A stretch of 61,680 nucleotides of DNA, the filler included, from Choristocarpus tenellus KU-1152 (taxonomy: Eukaryota > Protista > Phaeophyceae), in the NCBI GenBank assembly GCA_964200185.2. It is 8 parts of 8 records of this genome, joined end to end, with 100 filler letters (N's around TTAATTAATTAA, not from the genome) between each part and the next. Parts side by side here need not be neighbours in the genome. Positions count along the whole stretch, not along the records: positions 27,144 to 31,487 come from CAXNAD020015011.1; positions 31,588 to 34,111 come from CAXNAD020027068.1; positions 34,212 to 42,187 come from CAXNAD020005317.1; 5 more parts are not named here. The stretch is one strand, 5' to 3'. The position numbers and the translations under genes are program-made. The notes under the pieces are model-generated. The model searched no databases and had not been told where the DNA came from. It worked only from the letters and a program-made list of their open reading frames with translations. Each line of letters opens with the position of its first letter. Position 1 is the first letter of the stretch. Of the stretch, positions 27,400-40,200 are shown one piece after another.

Positions 27400-30300
27400 G
27401 CAGACAATGCTGGCTTTGATGCGACTGACCTGCTAAACCGTCTGAGGCAAAAGCATGCCACAGAGGGACAACTTGGAAGGTGGTTTGGGGTGGACGTGGA
27501 TAGGGAGGGTGAGTGTTCTGTGTTTGAAGTGTGTATTATCTATTCTGTGGATGGATGGATGTTGCTATTCATAAGTACTCTAGTACTTCCTCCTTGTTGA
27601 GATTAATTTTGAACAGTGGGGGGTGGATAGGGTACAAAAAAAGTGTGTTTGAAATGGTTTCAGAATAATAATTAGCAGAGGGAGTGGGCACTAGGGGTAG
27701 GTCAGTCAAGGTATTATTATTAGTGCTACTGTTGTTTATTAGTGGTACTAGTACTAGTGTTCTGTTGGTCTTGGGAATGGAATTTGAGCGTTTGATTGTT
27801 CTTGTTGCCTTTTTTTGTATTTTTCTATTTCTTTTTTAGAACATTCAGTTATATAGAGTACATAGAGCTTGGTTGGTAGTCAAGAACCTGTTGATTGTGA
27901 AAAGTGATCTACCTACCTAGCTAGCTAGCTAGCTCAGGTTTGGTTTGGTTTGGTTTGGTTTGGTTTGAATGGGAGTACGGTGTCGCTGTGTTCTGATTGG
28001 TCGTTTGTTTAAGGCACAGAGGGTTTGAACCGTTGGATTTGATTGGATTATATTCGATTCTATGACTGCAATCCGCCAATCATAGTTTAATCACAACAGT
28101 ACAAATATATATATATATATATATATACCCTTGTGTGTGTTTCCTTGAAGGTTGTTGACCAGAATCCAAAGAATTGACCAGTCATTGAAATTTTACAATG
28201 ATTGTGTATGCATATGGACGAGAGCCTTCCTGTTTCAGAGGGTGGAGTTGTTGAATTATTGGGTCCCAAGATATTAGTAATAACAAAATAAAATAGTACT
28301 AATAAGAAGAATGTGTTGGGAGGTCTTGGGCATCTGCCATCGCTGGATATGGACTGTGATAAACCTAAGAGTGTAGTGTTTCATGAAAGAAAAAAAAAGG
28401 TTCTTGAAAAATTCAAAAATAAAATGTGTTTTAAATGATGTTTTGAAAGTGTAGGGGGGAATGGGATCAGTATTGTTCTAGAAGATGGTAGGGGACTTTG
28501 TGTGTCTTTGCTTTGCTCTGGGGCTGGGTGTTACCAAGTATGTAGAGGATTGGTTGTTGGTTAATCAGAGTGACAGATTTTAATTTTAATACATGTTTTT
28601 TTAGGTGAGTTATTTATTTTTCATAATACTATGTGTATCTGGAAACGTAATGGCTCAAAGTATCTGGGGAGTGGGGTGGTGGGTGTCCATTTGGGATCAA
28701 GTTTTCCATGTTGTGATTTTTAGGTGATTCGACTGCATACGTCAGATGGATAATGTTAGTGCACTTTTCCTTATTTGGGGTCAAATGGATACCCTGGTGT
28801 AGACCCCCCCCCCCCCCCCCCCCCCGCAGATACTTTGGGTCGGTTGGATGTTGTTGGATGTTGCAGTGCAGTAACAATGTAGGAGGGGATTATTATATGG
28901 AGTGAGTTTTACTGAGTGATTGGTACTGCGAATCATTGGGATGAGTTTTTTATATATATTTTTTTTCACACATTTCTGGTCGCAGAGCACTACAGAGCCT
29001 CGCTTTTTTGGCTGGGTTAAAATATTGAACACATGAGAAAAAAAATTAAGTGGTTTTGTTTTTTGAAGTTTTGTGTTCTCATTATTGGTGGCTCTTGATT
29101 CACCAATGCAAAAAAAATAATAATTTCTGTTCTTTTTTATTATTTTTTGACCTGTCTTCTCGTGAGGGTCTCGGTCATTTTTTTCTGTTTTTTTGTTTTT
29201 GGTTGCTGATCCATCGAACGGTATACAATACAGTACAGCATATATATATAATAGTAAAAAAGAGTGGCAATTACGCTCGTATAATATTTTTGTGTTTTGT
29301 TAAAATTGTTCCAGGCGTTTGCGACACGTTTGAGAGCGGTGTTTGGGAGCCGACTGTCAACAAACGTAACTCTCTTCTCTCTGCTACGGAGGCTGCGTGC
29401 CTAATCCTCTCCATTGATGAGACGGTCAAGAACCCACAGGTATGCATGTCATTTATACTGACTGCTGCATGATACGATTCACCTCACACCCTAGTGACTG
29501 CCGCCTCGGTGCTCTGCCTCACATCTCAGCCCCCTCCAAACAGGGGGCGTTGCTGCCTCGACCCCACCTGACGTACGTGTATGTGGTGGGAAGGAGATTT
29601 TTTTCTGTTGTTTTTTTTTTTGTTGGGATTGTTAGTTGGGTATATTATGGTACGTTGGTACTTACTTTGTCAAGAGCAACATGCCAATCTGATTTTATTT
29701 TTATTTTTTTAATTGGAAGGGACCATCTGTGTTATAACTTTTGAATTGGTTGTTGTATCGATGGAGATGATTACTTTTGGTTTCCTCGGTTTACCCTGTC
29801 ACCATCATGGCTTGGTTAATAACCGATTTGCCTGCCCCTGCTTTGCCTTTGGTTTCCCAACTAATCCCCCCTCCAAAATCAAGCATCTGTTATAATCCTC
29901 CAGGGAACTATTGCTGCACATATGAAAACATGTCTAAGTCGCCTTCCTATACTGTTCGTATGAAATTTTGGAAAGTAACAAGATATTGATAGTAGGAATG
30001 GACCTCACCTCTACAGAGTGGGGTGGGGGGGGGGGGGGGAACCCTCCCCCAAGTAGGACAGCACAGGTTGTTTTTTGCGCGTGTCACCTNNNNNNNNNNA
30101 TCATCGCACTACATGTGCATGCCTGGCGCCGTAAGCCGGGCATAATGTTGCTGAAAACGGCCTGCGGGACAGCTCAGCAATTGGACCGAACTGATGTTTC
30201 TATGCCTGCCTAACCTAACACCCATGGGCACTGCAATACAGTGACAAAACATTAAAAAAATTCCGGTAGAGGGCAGTTACTTGAAGGGGTGTAAAATATA

Positions 30301-31322
30301 TATGAATGACCAAAGTATGCATGCATGCATCGGGGAAGCTGATTTCCCTGCTGAGAAGTTTGAGATTGGTGCAGATTGCACATGAGAGGGTAGACAGGTC
30401 ACTGTTTGGGAGTTGGGGTTAGTAGGGGTCAGGGTATCAAAATGTTACAAATTGTTACCATATGTAGGACTGTCTGACTACTTCGAACAAATCCAATGAC
30501 AGCATGAAGTATTGGATTTACACCATCAGATAAAAAATATATATACGTTGAAGGTATACCTTGAAACGTCATACTTTCGTGCTTATCCCCCAGTATCTGG
30601 TTGGTACAAACCTCTGATTCGGTCTCAAAAATATTCAGTCTGAGGGTGTATAAGTATAGGGTTAGGGTTAGCATGCACTTGACTGTTTTGTTCTGGGTAA
30701 TAATAATGTTAGCTGACTTCAAGGTAGGGTACCCTCCTTGGTTCTGTGGCTTGAGAGCAAAGGTATGGTTTTTTCAGGAATCGACTCAACTCATTCACTT
30801 CTTTTTTTTTCACTTCTTCAAATGAAAAGTAGAGATGGTGTTCAAGGTATTTCCAAGTGTAGTGCTAGTGTGTAAGGAACAGGTTAGGGTTAGGGTGTAC
30901 CTTTTGCTGTCTGTGATGGGTTTGTTGTACTGCTGTATTGTCTGTCTGGGGAAAAAAAAAAAATCTTTTTTTTCGGATAACAGCAGGATCACACCACTCT
31001 AAAGTTTTTTTTGTGGTTTTTTTCGGATAAGTCAGAAACTCACCTGGTATCGCGACCCTATTTCAACCCCTCACCCTCACGTATATGTCCCAAATGATAT
31101 CTCCAATTGCAACAACAAAGGCTATCTGTATTTTAACTAGTCCTTCCTTGCCCCCTTCAGAGTGAGAAACCTGGATCGCCCAGCCAGGGTGTGGGCATGG
31201 GGCGGGGGGGACAGCCAATCAGCGCAGGGATGGGGGGTGCAGGCATGGCTGGGATGATGGGGGGAGGAGGGAGGGGTCGCAGGCCAGGAGTTAAGATGAT
31301 GAAAGGAAGGGGAGGGGCATAA
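27400..31322 (+). CDS. CCT7: T-complex protein 1 subunit eta, 3' end. Exons 27400-27508, 29315-29439, 31161-31322
   Basis: [57 protein letters not shown] and a Gly/Met/Arg-rich tail; splice phases compatible; TAA at 31320-31322. Confidence 0.93.
28652..28841. mobile_element. MITE family A (TIR core TCAAAGTATCTG) in a CCT7 intron
   Basis: TIRs present; internal sequence homologous to 42009-42187 and 61490-61664. Confidence 0.75.
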
Positions 31323-31599
31323 GTAATTGGCAGGTTTTAGGTGGATCTTGGGGGAGGAAGGTTCAGCAGTAGATTGGCAGGCATCTTGGGGAAGGGGGGG
31401 GGGGGGGGGGGGCAGGGGGGGGGGGGTGGGGGATTATCGCCACCTGGGGAGGGGGGGAAACCTTGTTTTGGGGGTTGGGTTGGGGGGNNNNNNNNNNNNN
31501 NNNNNNNNNNNNNNNNNNNNNNNNNNNNNNNTTAATTAATTAANNNNNNNNNNNNNNNNNNNNNNNNNNNNNNNNNNNNNNNNNNNNAAAGCTAAAAGA

Positions 31600-34049
31600 G
31601 AAACAAATAAAGGTTAAAAACAAAAAGGACAGGGAGTATATTCTTCTTTGCCGCGTTTTTTTTTTTTTTGTCAAAGGAGATGATGTTACGTTGCGTCGGT
31701 GTTCTTGAAGGTAGGATTACCATAGGCAATGGTGAGTTCGTCCCTAGGATCCTTATTCCCACAAGCTTCAAGGGGTACCTCATACCAGGTCAAAGCCAAG
31801 AGTCCCTGGTGTGCACTAACTAGCCCAACAATGCTGTGTGGCAACTCTCCAAAAAAGGTTCAACCTAACACTTAGGTTATACCTGAGGTAATTCAGTTCT
31901 ACCTAGAAATGCAACTGGAGCACATGAGTGATGCGCACTCTTGAAGTGGATCAGCTTGAACATTTCCCCCCTGACGATTCAGCAGCTCATAAAAAATGAA
32001 GGTAACAAACCCTTCCTCGTCGACATGGACGGGTGTCTCATGACATCTCATACTTCCCCATGCATATGACCCTGTCTTGTAGTATAACTGTATGCCTGGA
32101 GCAGGGGTAGTGTGTAGAGTGTCATTACGTTCAAAGGAGGATGTGCCTTTTTTGGATGAAAGAGTCTACACCCATCAACACCCGAGGTAGACCACTCTAC
32201 AAAGCCATCGGAGTCAAAGTATCTTAGAGGGTAGAGCCGCGCCCGTTTGGGGGCCAAAATCCAATGTTGCAATTTTGATGCAACTTTGGCTATTGTTTTT
32301 GTTAGGAAGTATCCATATCCTTGTTCCGAACACACCTTTTCATAACATACACATTTTACCTACTTGGAAACATTTTGGAGTAGGAAAATGTCATCAAAAA
32401 CCCGTGGGAAGCCAAGCCCCAAATGGACAAACAGGGAAAAATTCGTACCCTCTAAGATACTTTCACTCATCGATGGTATGGACCCCCACCTGCTGTGTCA
32501 CTTTACTATAACTCTTGATTGGATTATATGTGTAGAAAAAAGGGGGATCTTGGCAGTGATTTGGGGAGAAGCAGTGTAAATAGACTTTACTTGAAAGTAC
32601 GGTTTAAGGATATATTCATGAATGTGTATGAATGAGGACGTGGACTCACACTCTCCACAATAAATCGACAACATCAGGACCTCCATGGGAAGAGGAGGAC
32701 ATACACCAACAATTGCTATCCCCACCTCGTACACCTGTCCTTACCCACTCAATTCTCGCCCTCTTTTGACAACGCCTAGCATTGTCCCTATCTGTGTATG
32801 ATCAATTGGGGTATCTTCTTCAGAGCATTGTGATTTCTATCAGTCAGCAGGAGGAGAGGCAGTGGGCGCCCCACATGTATGGTGGCCGTTGACCACTCGC
32901 ACATGGGATTGAATGATACAAGAACCATCACCACATCTCTAGGAGTGCAGTGCACAAATGCTTAAGAACAATTTCGCAAGTCTCCTGGTAGAGAATCTTA
33001 GGTACTCAATACTTTCCCTGTCGCCGTAGACACTTTAATTATAGTAACTGCAGTCCTTCCATGTGCAAGCAAAGCAATGCTTTGTGGCACTTGTCCAGCG
33101 CTGGCCAACTCCTCTGAGTCCACTTTTTTTGGTGGACACCAGGACGTTTGAGAATCGCTGAGTAATGCTTAGTACCCCTTTTTGACTTGTTGCAGGATGA
33201 CCTGCAGTACCTCAGTCCTATTACGTGTTTTCATTTTGCTCCTTTCATGCTTCCCCTCATCTTCATCCACCTCCTTTCCATTTCCTGAATTTTTTCCCCC
33301 AGCAAACTCCACGTTGTGACAAGGATAATCCGCGTAAGTGTTTGTTCAAACAACTAATGAAGAAAGAAAATGAACACATACACAAGCATGGGGATCAACC
33401 AGAAACGTTAATCCAGACGAGGGAAATCACCTGTTCCAAAAATGCACAGTCACACACGTAACATCAAAATGATCAGAAAACAATCACAGGGGTCCCTTAC
33501 GATCAACGGCACCCTTGGATACGATACCTTGGCTCAGCCCCACGCCTTCAGAGTGGGGTCCCCGATAGATCGTGTCTTTGCTGTCCAGAAGAGTATCTCT
33601 GTTGAATAATTCTACTGTTGTGTACTTGGCGAGGGTTGCCGACCCCACTCTGGGTATTGTTCTCATATTTACCATCAATGTACAACTTGGGGGGAGAGAC
33701 ATTAACCATGCTTAGCGTATCTATTGTGCCATTCTTGACTTAGAATTTTTCTCTACAGCCTGTTGTTGGTAGTAGGTTTTACACAGAGGAGACGAGACGA
33801 TACAACAAACACAACAACAGAATCTCTATATATTACTTTCACCAAAGACCTCAGAAATAAGACCACTTTGTGACATGATTTCCTACAAGGAGAGCTACAC
33901 GATACGCACGATTGCTACGATAAGCAATGTCTACGAAGACAGCCAAGAGATGGTGGGCAATGAACCCCAGTTTGTTAGGCCATGCTTGACCCGTCCCAGT
34001 CTCTCCTGCGCATCGTTTGTAACACCCCTTGATAATGCTATTGCTAACA
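31600..34049 (-). mobile_element. Degenerate Ty1/Copia relic (integrase region, possible LTR 33761-34049)
   Basis: Broken minus-strand frames give integrase-like VHTIDG...SGVDGCRLF, VHVDEEGFVTFIFYELLNRQG and FFGELP motifs in the expected order. The putative LTR has TGTT...AACA termini. Many stops and frameshifts. Confidence 0.45.
32211..32468. mobile_element. MITE family B (TIR GAGT[C/G]AAAGTATCTTAGAGGG), 4-bp TSD ATCG, inserted in the Copia relic
   Basis: TIRs of about 21 bp, ATCG on both flanks, homologous to 39364-39630. Confidence 0.8.
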
Positions 34050-34051
34050 TT

Positions 34052-34111
34052 GAGTGAAACTATCTTAGAGGGTACGAATTTTTCCCTGTTTGTCCATTTG
34101 TGGGGCTTGGC
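34052..34111. mobile_element. MITE family B end (reverse orientation), truncated by gap
   Basis: Matches the reverse complement of 32410-32468. Confidence 0.7.
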
Positions 34112-34211
34112 NNNNNNNNNNNNNNNNNNNNNNNNNNNNNNNNNNNNNNNNNNNNTTAATTAATTAANNNNNNNNNNNNNNNNNNNNNNNNNNNNNNNNN
34201 NNNNNNNNNNN

Positions 34212-37200
34212 GGATGAAAAGGCCTGGAGATGACAAGAGTGCGACTGTTGGAGCAGGGGGGGAGGCAGAGGAGGGGGGGTGGCTGTACTTTGAGGGTCTG
34301 GTGGCAGTGGCGATGGTCTGTCTAGAACTGAGTCCCCGGAATCGAAAGGAACGCCTTTTGCAGTCTGCACTTCTCCGGAATTTTCCTGGAGCCCTCGAGG
34401 CCCTACAGGTAAGAATTATAGTGTTTTCATGATGGTTGTAATTGTGATACGTGTTGACACAAGTTTTTAGATATGTGTATCAAACGAATTCACACGGTAG
34501 TACTAGGTGTTGAGAATATTCCAAGAATATTCCAAGGACATAGTTTAGGTGGTGTTTGATCTTTTATATCGTTAGGGGGGGTAAGGGCAATAAATATGCC
34601 AACGCTCTACCACTTAAAATGGCATAGGGGGCCCTAGTGTGTTCGTCTATGAGCAATTGGCTTTGTTGAGTGGGAGTTTATTTTTTTCTGTTCCTTCTCC
34701 CTGGACGCTTTTGTGTCCCATGCTGTAAAAGTTTCATCTCCTGTCTTTCCCCTCAACCCCCTCCCCTCTCCTTCTTTGTATCCTACCAGTCCTCCTGGTG
34801 GTGAAAAGATAAAACTAACAAGTAATGATATGACTCTTCCCTCCTTCTGCTCTTCCTCTTCAGGATCCAAAATTCCCTCAGAACCTGGTGGAGGTATCTG
34901 CCTCAGCTGCAACACGAATTGCTGGTGACACCACGTGCAAAACTGCCAGTGCATCAAGCGTAACTGTCATGAGTGATATCAACACTTGCAAGGATGAATC
35001 CATTGTGCCAGTAGCTGAGGCAATCGCCACAGAGCCGCCACAGGTCCAAAAGCAGGAGCAGCAACAGAATACGACACAGGTATTGGCATGTCCTTCTCAT
35101 TTGTACAAGGTAGGAGATGGGGTTGTGGTTTTGAAAAAGACCTCAACAGCAGCGGTAGCAACATCTCCAGCTCTTCCGGTTGAAAGGGTTTCACGGTGGG
35201 AGGCGGTGGTGTTGGCAGTGGAAGAAGTTGAACCCAATAATAAACACAATGATGACGGCAACGGCAACTCTGGAGCCAATAGCAAAACTCTCGATGGCCA
35301 CTGTAGCAGTAGGGAGAAGGAGGCAGGAGGGGTGAGGTACAGGGTTAGTTATAGGGGTTGGGGGGAGCGTTACAACTCCTGGGAATGTGAGAGCAGCTTG
35401 GAGGCCAGCACAAGGTTGAAAGTGGAGGATGATGGGGGTGGTGCAGGTGGAGATTCTGGAGCTGGTTCTGGGACCGGAGGAGGGGTGGAGGTTGGTGATG
35501 ATGAAGGAGAAGATGAAGGGGATGAGGCCTCTACTACTACATTGGAAAATCAGGCACGTGGTATTTGCTTTTTGTAAAAGGGTTAGGGTTATTGCATGTA
35601 GACCTGTAGAATAGCCTGTGTATGTCACTTGGCCAATAGGATGGATTGACTGTGCAGTCTCCTCTTCCTGCCCCCACATTTTTGCCTCGAATCAATTCTT
35701 GCAAGGGTCCTACACATTAGGGTGTCAACATTATGGGGTTGGATGTTAGCTTGTGTTCAAAAAGTCATTTTCTTGGTATATAATTGTATTCTGGTAAATA
35801 AGTATGCTGCACATGGGGTGCTCACACATGCACCCTCTCTATTGCACATGATTCTCTGCGTAAAGGGGGACACATTCCACACCTTTGGAAGGCATTTCCT
35901 GTAATATTTGTCGGGTTTTTGGGCCTTACTTTCTTGAAGCTTGTTCCTTTGCCCTTACCTACATGTTGCCTACTAATAATATATGCCATTTATGAATACA
36001 ACTAACCCAATTGTGTTGCAGGTATCCTCTGAGACGCCATCAAGGTCCACTGCAGCATTAACTGCTTCACTACCATCATTGGGAAGTTCATCGTCGATCA
36101 AGACCGGTTCTGTGTCAATGCCCCCCTCCTTAGCCCTCTGCTATGTAGAGGGTCTGGAGGCAAGCCTTCACATGGAATCTGAGGGGAGGGGAAGGAGCAG
36201 CAGCCGCAGTGGCATAAAAAGGAGGGCAGGTCCAGTTTTCAACCCGATAGAGTTAAGGGCTAGTGCCAAGCTTAGAGCAAAGGCTGTCTTGCTTACGGTG
36301 AGTTGGCCTCTGTGTGTGTGTGTGAATGAGCGAGTGAGTGAGTGAGTGTTTGCTATGGCAATCTATGCTTCTACTGCAAACTGTTCATTCTTGGTAGCAC
36401 TCAGTGGTTGTTTTGTTTCACCCCAGAGTCACTATCGTAGTGATGAAAATTGTAGTGTTAGGGTTCAGGTCAAGGTTAGGAACCTTGTTGTGGCAGTATT
36501 CTAGGGCTATTTTATGGCACTCTGTATATACAGTGGCAAAGACCTCAGGGTTTGTTTGAGGGTTGGAGACAGTCCATTCGTGGTTTTATAGTGTCCTGAG
36601 GGTGATTTATGGTACCCTAATATGGAAGTGCAGGAGTGGGTCTTACCATTTGTTGACCCCTGGTTTGGTAGTGCCCTAGAGCGATTTTACTGACATGCAA
36701 GACCTCTGCAGTACAGGTTCAATTTTCTGTGTACTTCTTTGTTCATCATTTAGAAGACATGGAGATTCGTGGAGAAGAATTGCATATTCTTGAGTTGAGG
36801 TCTCGAGTACATAGAGGAAGCAAGGTGGTAATTTAGGAGATGTTGTATTTTCTGTTTATCAATAGGTTGAGTATAAATGCAGTCTGCTCAAATCCTGTTT
36901 ATGTACTTGAGTAGAATCGGAATGTGCCTTGTAGCAAACAAGCAATGCCTGTGAGGCGCCTCAAGGATATTTCATCGAAGCGCAGATATGCCCAAGAAAT
37001 CGACCAATTGAATCGTGTTGTTTGGATCATTTTATGATCAACAGAAAGGGCGAAGAGATTCCGCTTGGTACAGTTGCAGAAAGGGTCTTTGCTGAATTGT
37101 GGTGTCATTTTTTGTGTAGAAAGGGGGGATATCAATATTTGCGCTCACTATTGTGCACATGAAGCAATGAAATAGAGTGTATTGCAGAAGGTAAGAAATT

Positions 37201-40200
37201 TGACTTGGAATGCAGAAGGGTCCATCCAAACCTGCCCACCCTTCAATTGGTTTGGCTCTAAGATGAGCAAAAACGTAATTATGTATATATATATTATGTT
37301 CAGGAAAAATAATGTGCGTGTGAGTGTTTTTTGGTGAGTTAGAGACGTCTGCCCCTGCTTGTTTCAACTGCAGGAAGGGCGTAGTTGAATGCTGTATAAA
37401 TTCGGGACAAGATTGGCAATGTTTGAGATTTTGTAGGCGTAACTTTTTATTGGCATTGGGTAGTTCTTACAATTTCAACTTGGAAAAGGGAAAGAATCAC
37501 CTGGAGTTCAGAACTTGGTTGCATGCCAGATGAGGTCCAGGTGCTTCAGAGTGCCCCCATGGAGCTGCCAGGGTAATGGTAATACGTTTACACTGTATAT
37601 ATTGAGTACTGTACTAGTTCCTGGAAAATTGTGTATTATTGTTTTCGTACATTTTGAATTTGTGAAAGGAATAAGATGAGAATTTTTTTTTATAGAAGAG
37701 ACCCCCTGCTCTTGGATTGTACATTGTGTCCATGGTGAGTTATGTGCATCTAGCTAGATCAATGCATTTGCTTCAACTTCAACGTGTGTGTGACACTTAG
37801 CAGTAGACATGATATTTATGGTGATGGTATGAGGGAGATGCTTGTAGGGTAAGGGAGGTTTCCAGCAGGTTGAATGCACTCCATTGGCTGAATGTGATCA
37901 AGGGTATTTATGTATTTGTCTATAGGTTGCTTTTGATACCCTGACCCTTGTCCCTCAACCTGGCCATCATGGTCATGCTCAGGTGGAAGCAGCACTCCCT
38001 GATGGAGCATGCTTGCGAGGTCCTGAGCACTTTGAGTTGAGGCTTGTTGGGCCATGGATTTCCTATGTAGAAGAGGCCACATCGGCCAAGGAGCTCATGG
38101 AAGCATGCCTGCTCCTGGAGGGATCAATTAACCCCCGCTGGCTTGACCCAGACAAGGCCAGGTTGGTGTTTGTTATGAAGCCTTGAGAGTACAGCAGAAC
38201 GTTTCTGCTGAGCTACCATACCAATTAGACGGTGTGTTGTCAAGGCTGTATTGGTTAAAGTTTAACTGGATCTAGTTGAGTTATCTGTTGCTTTTTCTGG
38301 TGCATAATTTGAATGTTCATATTATGTATGTATCTCTATGTGTTTGTATGTGTACATCAAATAAAGTTGTCAATGTCTGCAGAGGAAGAGTTCTTTATGC
38401 TATATTGAAACAGGATGTGTTTTTCGGGTGTTCCTCTAACTGGTTCAACATTTTCTTGCGCATATATATTGCAGGGGGGGGGTTAATAGCAATGACGAGT
38501 ATTTGGTTATTGTAGTAGGAGGATGTTAATATGGAACAGGGGCAGAAACCTCCTTGCTGCTACATAGAATTCGTAAGAGTTTTGGAGATAAATATCATAT
38601 GCATTCATGCAACTGTTCTTTTTGTAGGTCTTTGTACTAGATGATGAGGCGCAGTCCCTTGAATAGTAATTGTGCCCCAATATTTAGGGACATGATACTT
38701 TGAGCACATGATGCCACAACAGGGATGTAAGAAGGTTTACAAGAAGGGTTTAGAGAACGGATCGAGCACATTCACCCTTGCCATCTCAGTAGCTATGATC
38801 ATTTTCCCACCCATTCGGGTTATTCAGGTCAAATATTTTGTGCATGTGTGTGTGTACTCTCTATACTTCTGTTTTCTCAAGTGTTCGACACATTTTATAT
38901 AATGTGAAATTTTTGTAGAGCTCTATTAAATATGATTATCATTATTTTTGCCTTTTGCCTTTTGCCCTCGTGTTGTTGGGGGGGGGGGGGGGGGGGGGTG
39001 TGTTTTTCCCTTCCTCNNNNNNNNNNTTTTTTTTTTTTGTTGTATTTTTTTTTTTTTTTTTTTTTTTCTTGTTCTGTTTGCTGGGGTTTTGGTGGGGGGG
39101 GGGGGGGGGGGGGGGACAGGCTTTTCAGCATACTCCCATCGGCAGCACATGCACTGAGAATGCCTACATATTCTGCAGTGTGCATGCGGGTATGGGTGCT
39201 GGATAGGAGCATGCTCTACGATAAGGTCTGTTGCTTTGTAGCTTTTGGCATCTTTGGTCGAGTCTTGCCTGGGGGAAGGGGGGACCTCATTGGAGAAGGA
39301 GAACATATTTTTAGAGATCGGATGTTACAAGTAGAATGAGGGGCTCTCTGTTGATCAAGGTTTGAGTCAAAGTATCTTGGAGGGTAGAGTATCCGTTTGG
39401 GGGCCAAAATTCAATGTTGCGATTTTGATGTAATTTTGGCTATAGTGTTTGTTCGGAAGTGTCGATATCCTTGTTCCGGAGATATTCATGATACCTTCTC
39501 CAAGATAGTATACTTTTCACCTACTCCGAAACATTTTGGAGTAGGAAAATGTCATTAAAAGAAACGTGGGAAGCCAAGCCCCTAACGGACAAACAGGGCA
39601 AACCCCGTACCCTCTTAGATGCGTTCACTCTTTGCTCACCAATGATGGGGGGGGTTTGTAGCACCTCCTCTCGGCACTTTCTTGAAAGTAACATGACTAT
39701 TGTTGACATAAGTGGGGCCAAATGGACACCCTGGTGTAGACCCCCCCCCCAGAAAGTGTGTGTGTCATACAACAGTGGATATTCCACTACGAGTGATGGG
39801 GTATTTGGAGTATGTTGTGGGATAGCACCAACTTCTTGTTCTTGTTCTTTCTTTATTTTTTTCAAAGTATTTTTTATGTATAGTACTCTTCCACAATGGA
39901 AGAGTAGAAAAGAATAGAGCTTTAAGACCCAGTCTTACCATTGTATAATATTTGTCTTGCGCTTCAATTTTGTTTTTTATCAGTTGGATGATTCGGGTCA
40001 ATAGTTGCAGTTGGAATCACTTCATGAATATTGTTATGCCAACTGATGTTTTGCGGATGTCATCGAGGTGACAAGAGACTCTAAGTATCGGGAGGGCCTT
40101 TTGTATTTTGGTGCTTAGAGTTCCAGGTCTCCACATAAGTCTTCTGCTGTCTTTACCTTGAAATTGGGTGGAGTATCGCCCTGTACACAACCCAGACTGC

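Noticed and set aside
31161-31322. Gly/Met/Arg-rich CCT7 tail as a novelty
   Set aside because: Such tails are common in CCT7 and other chaperonins.
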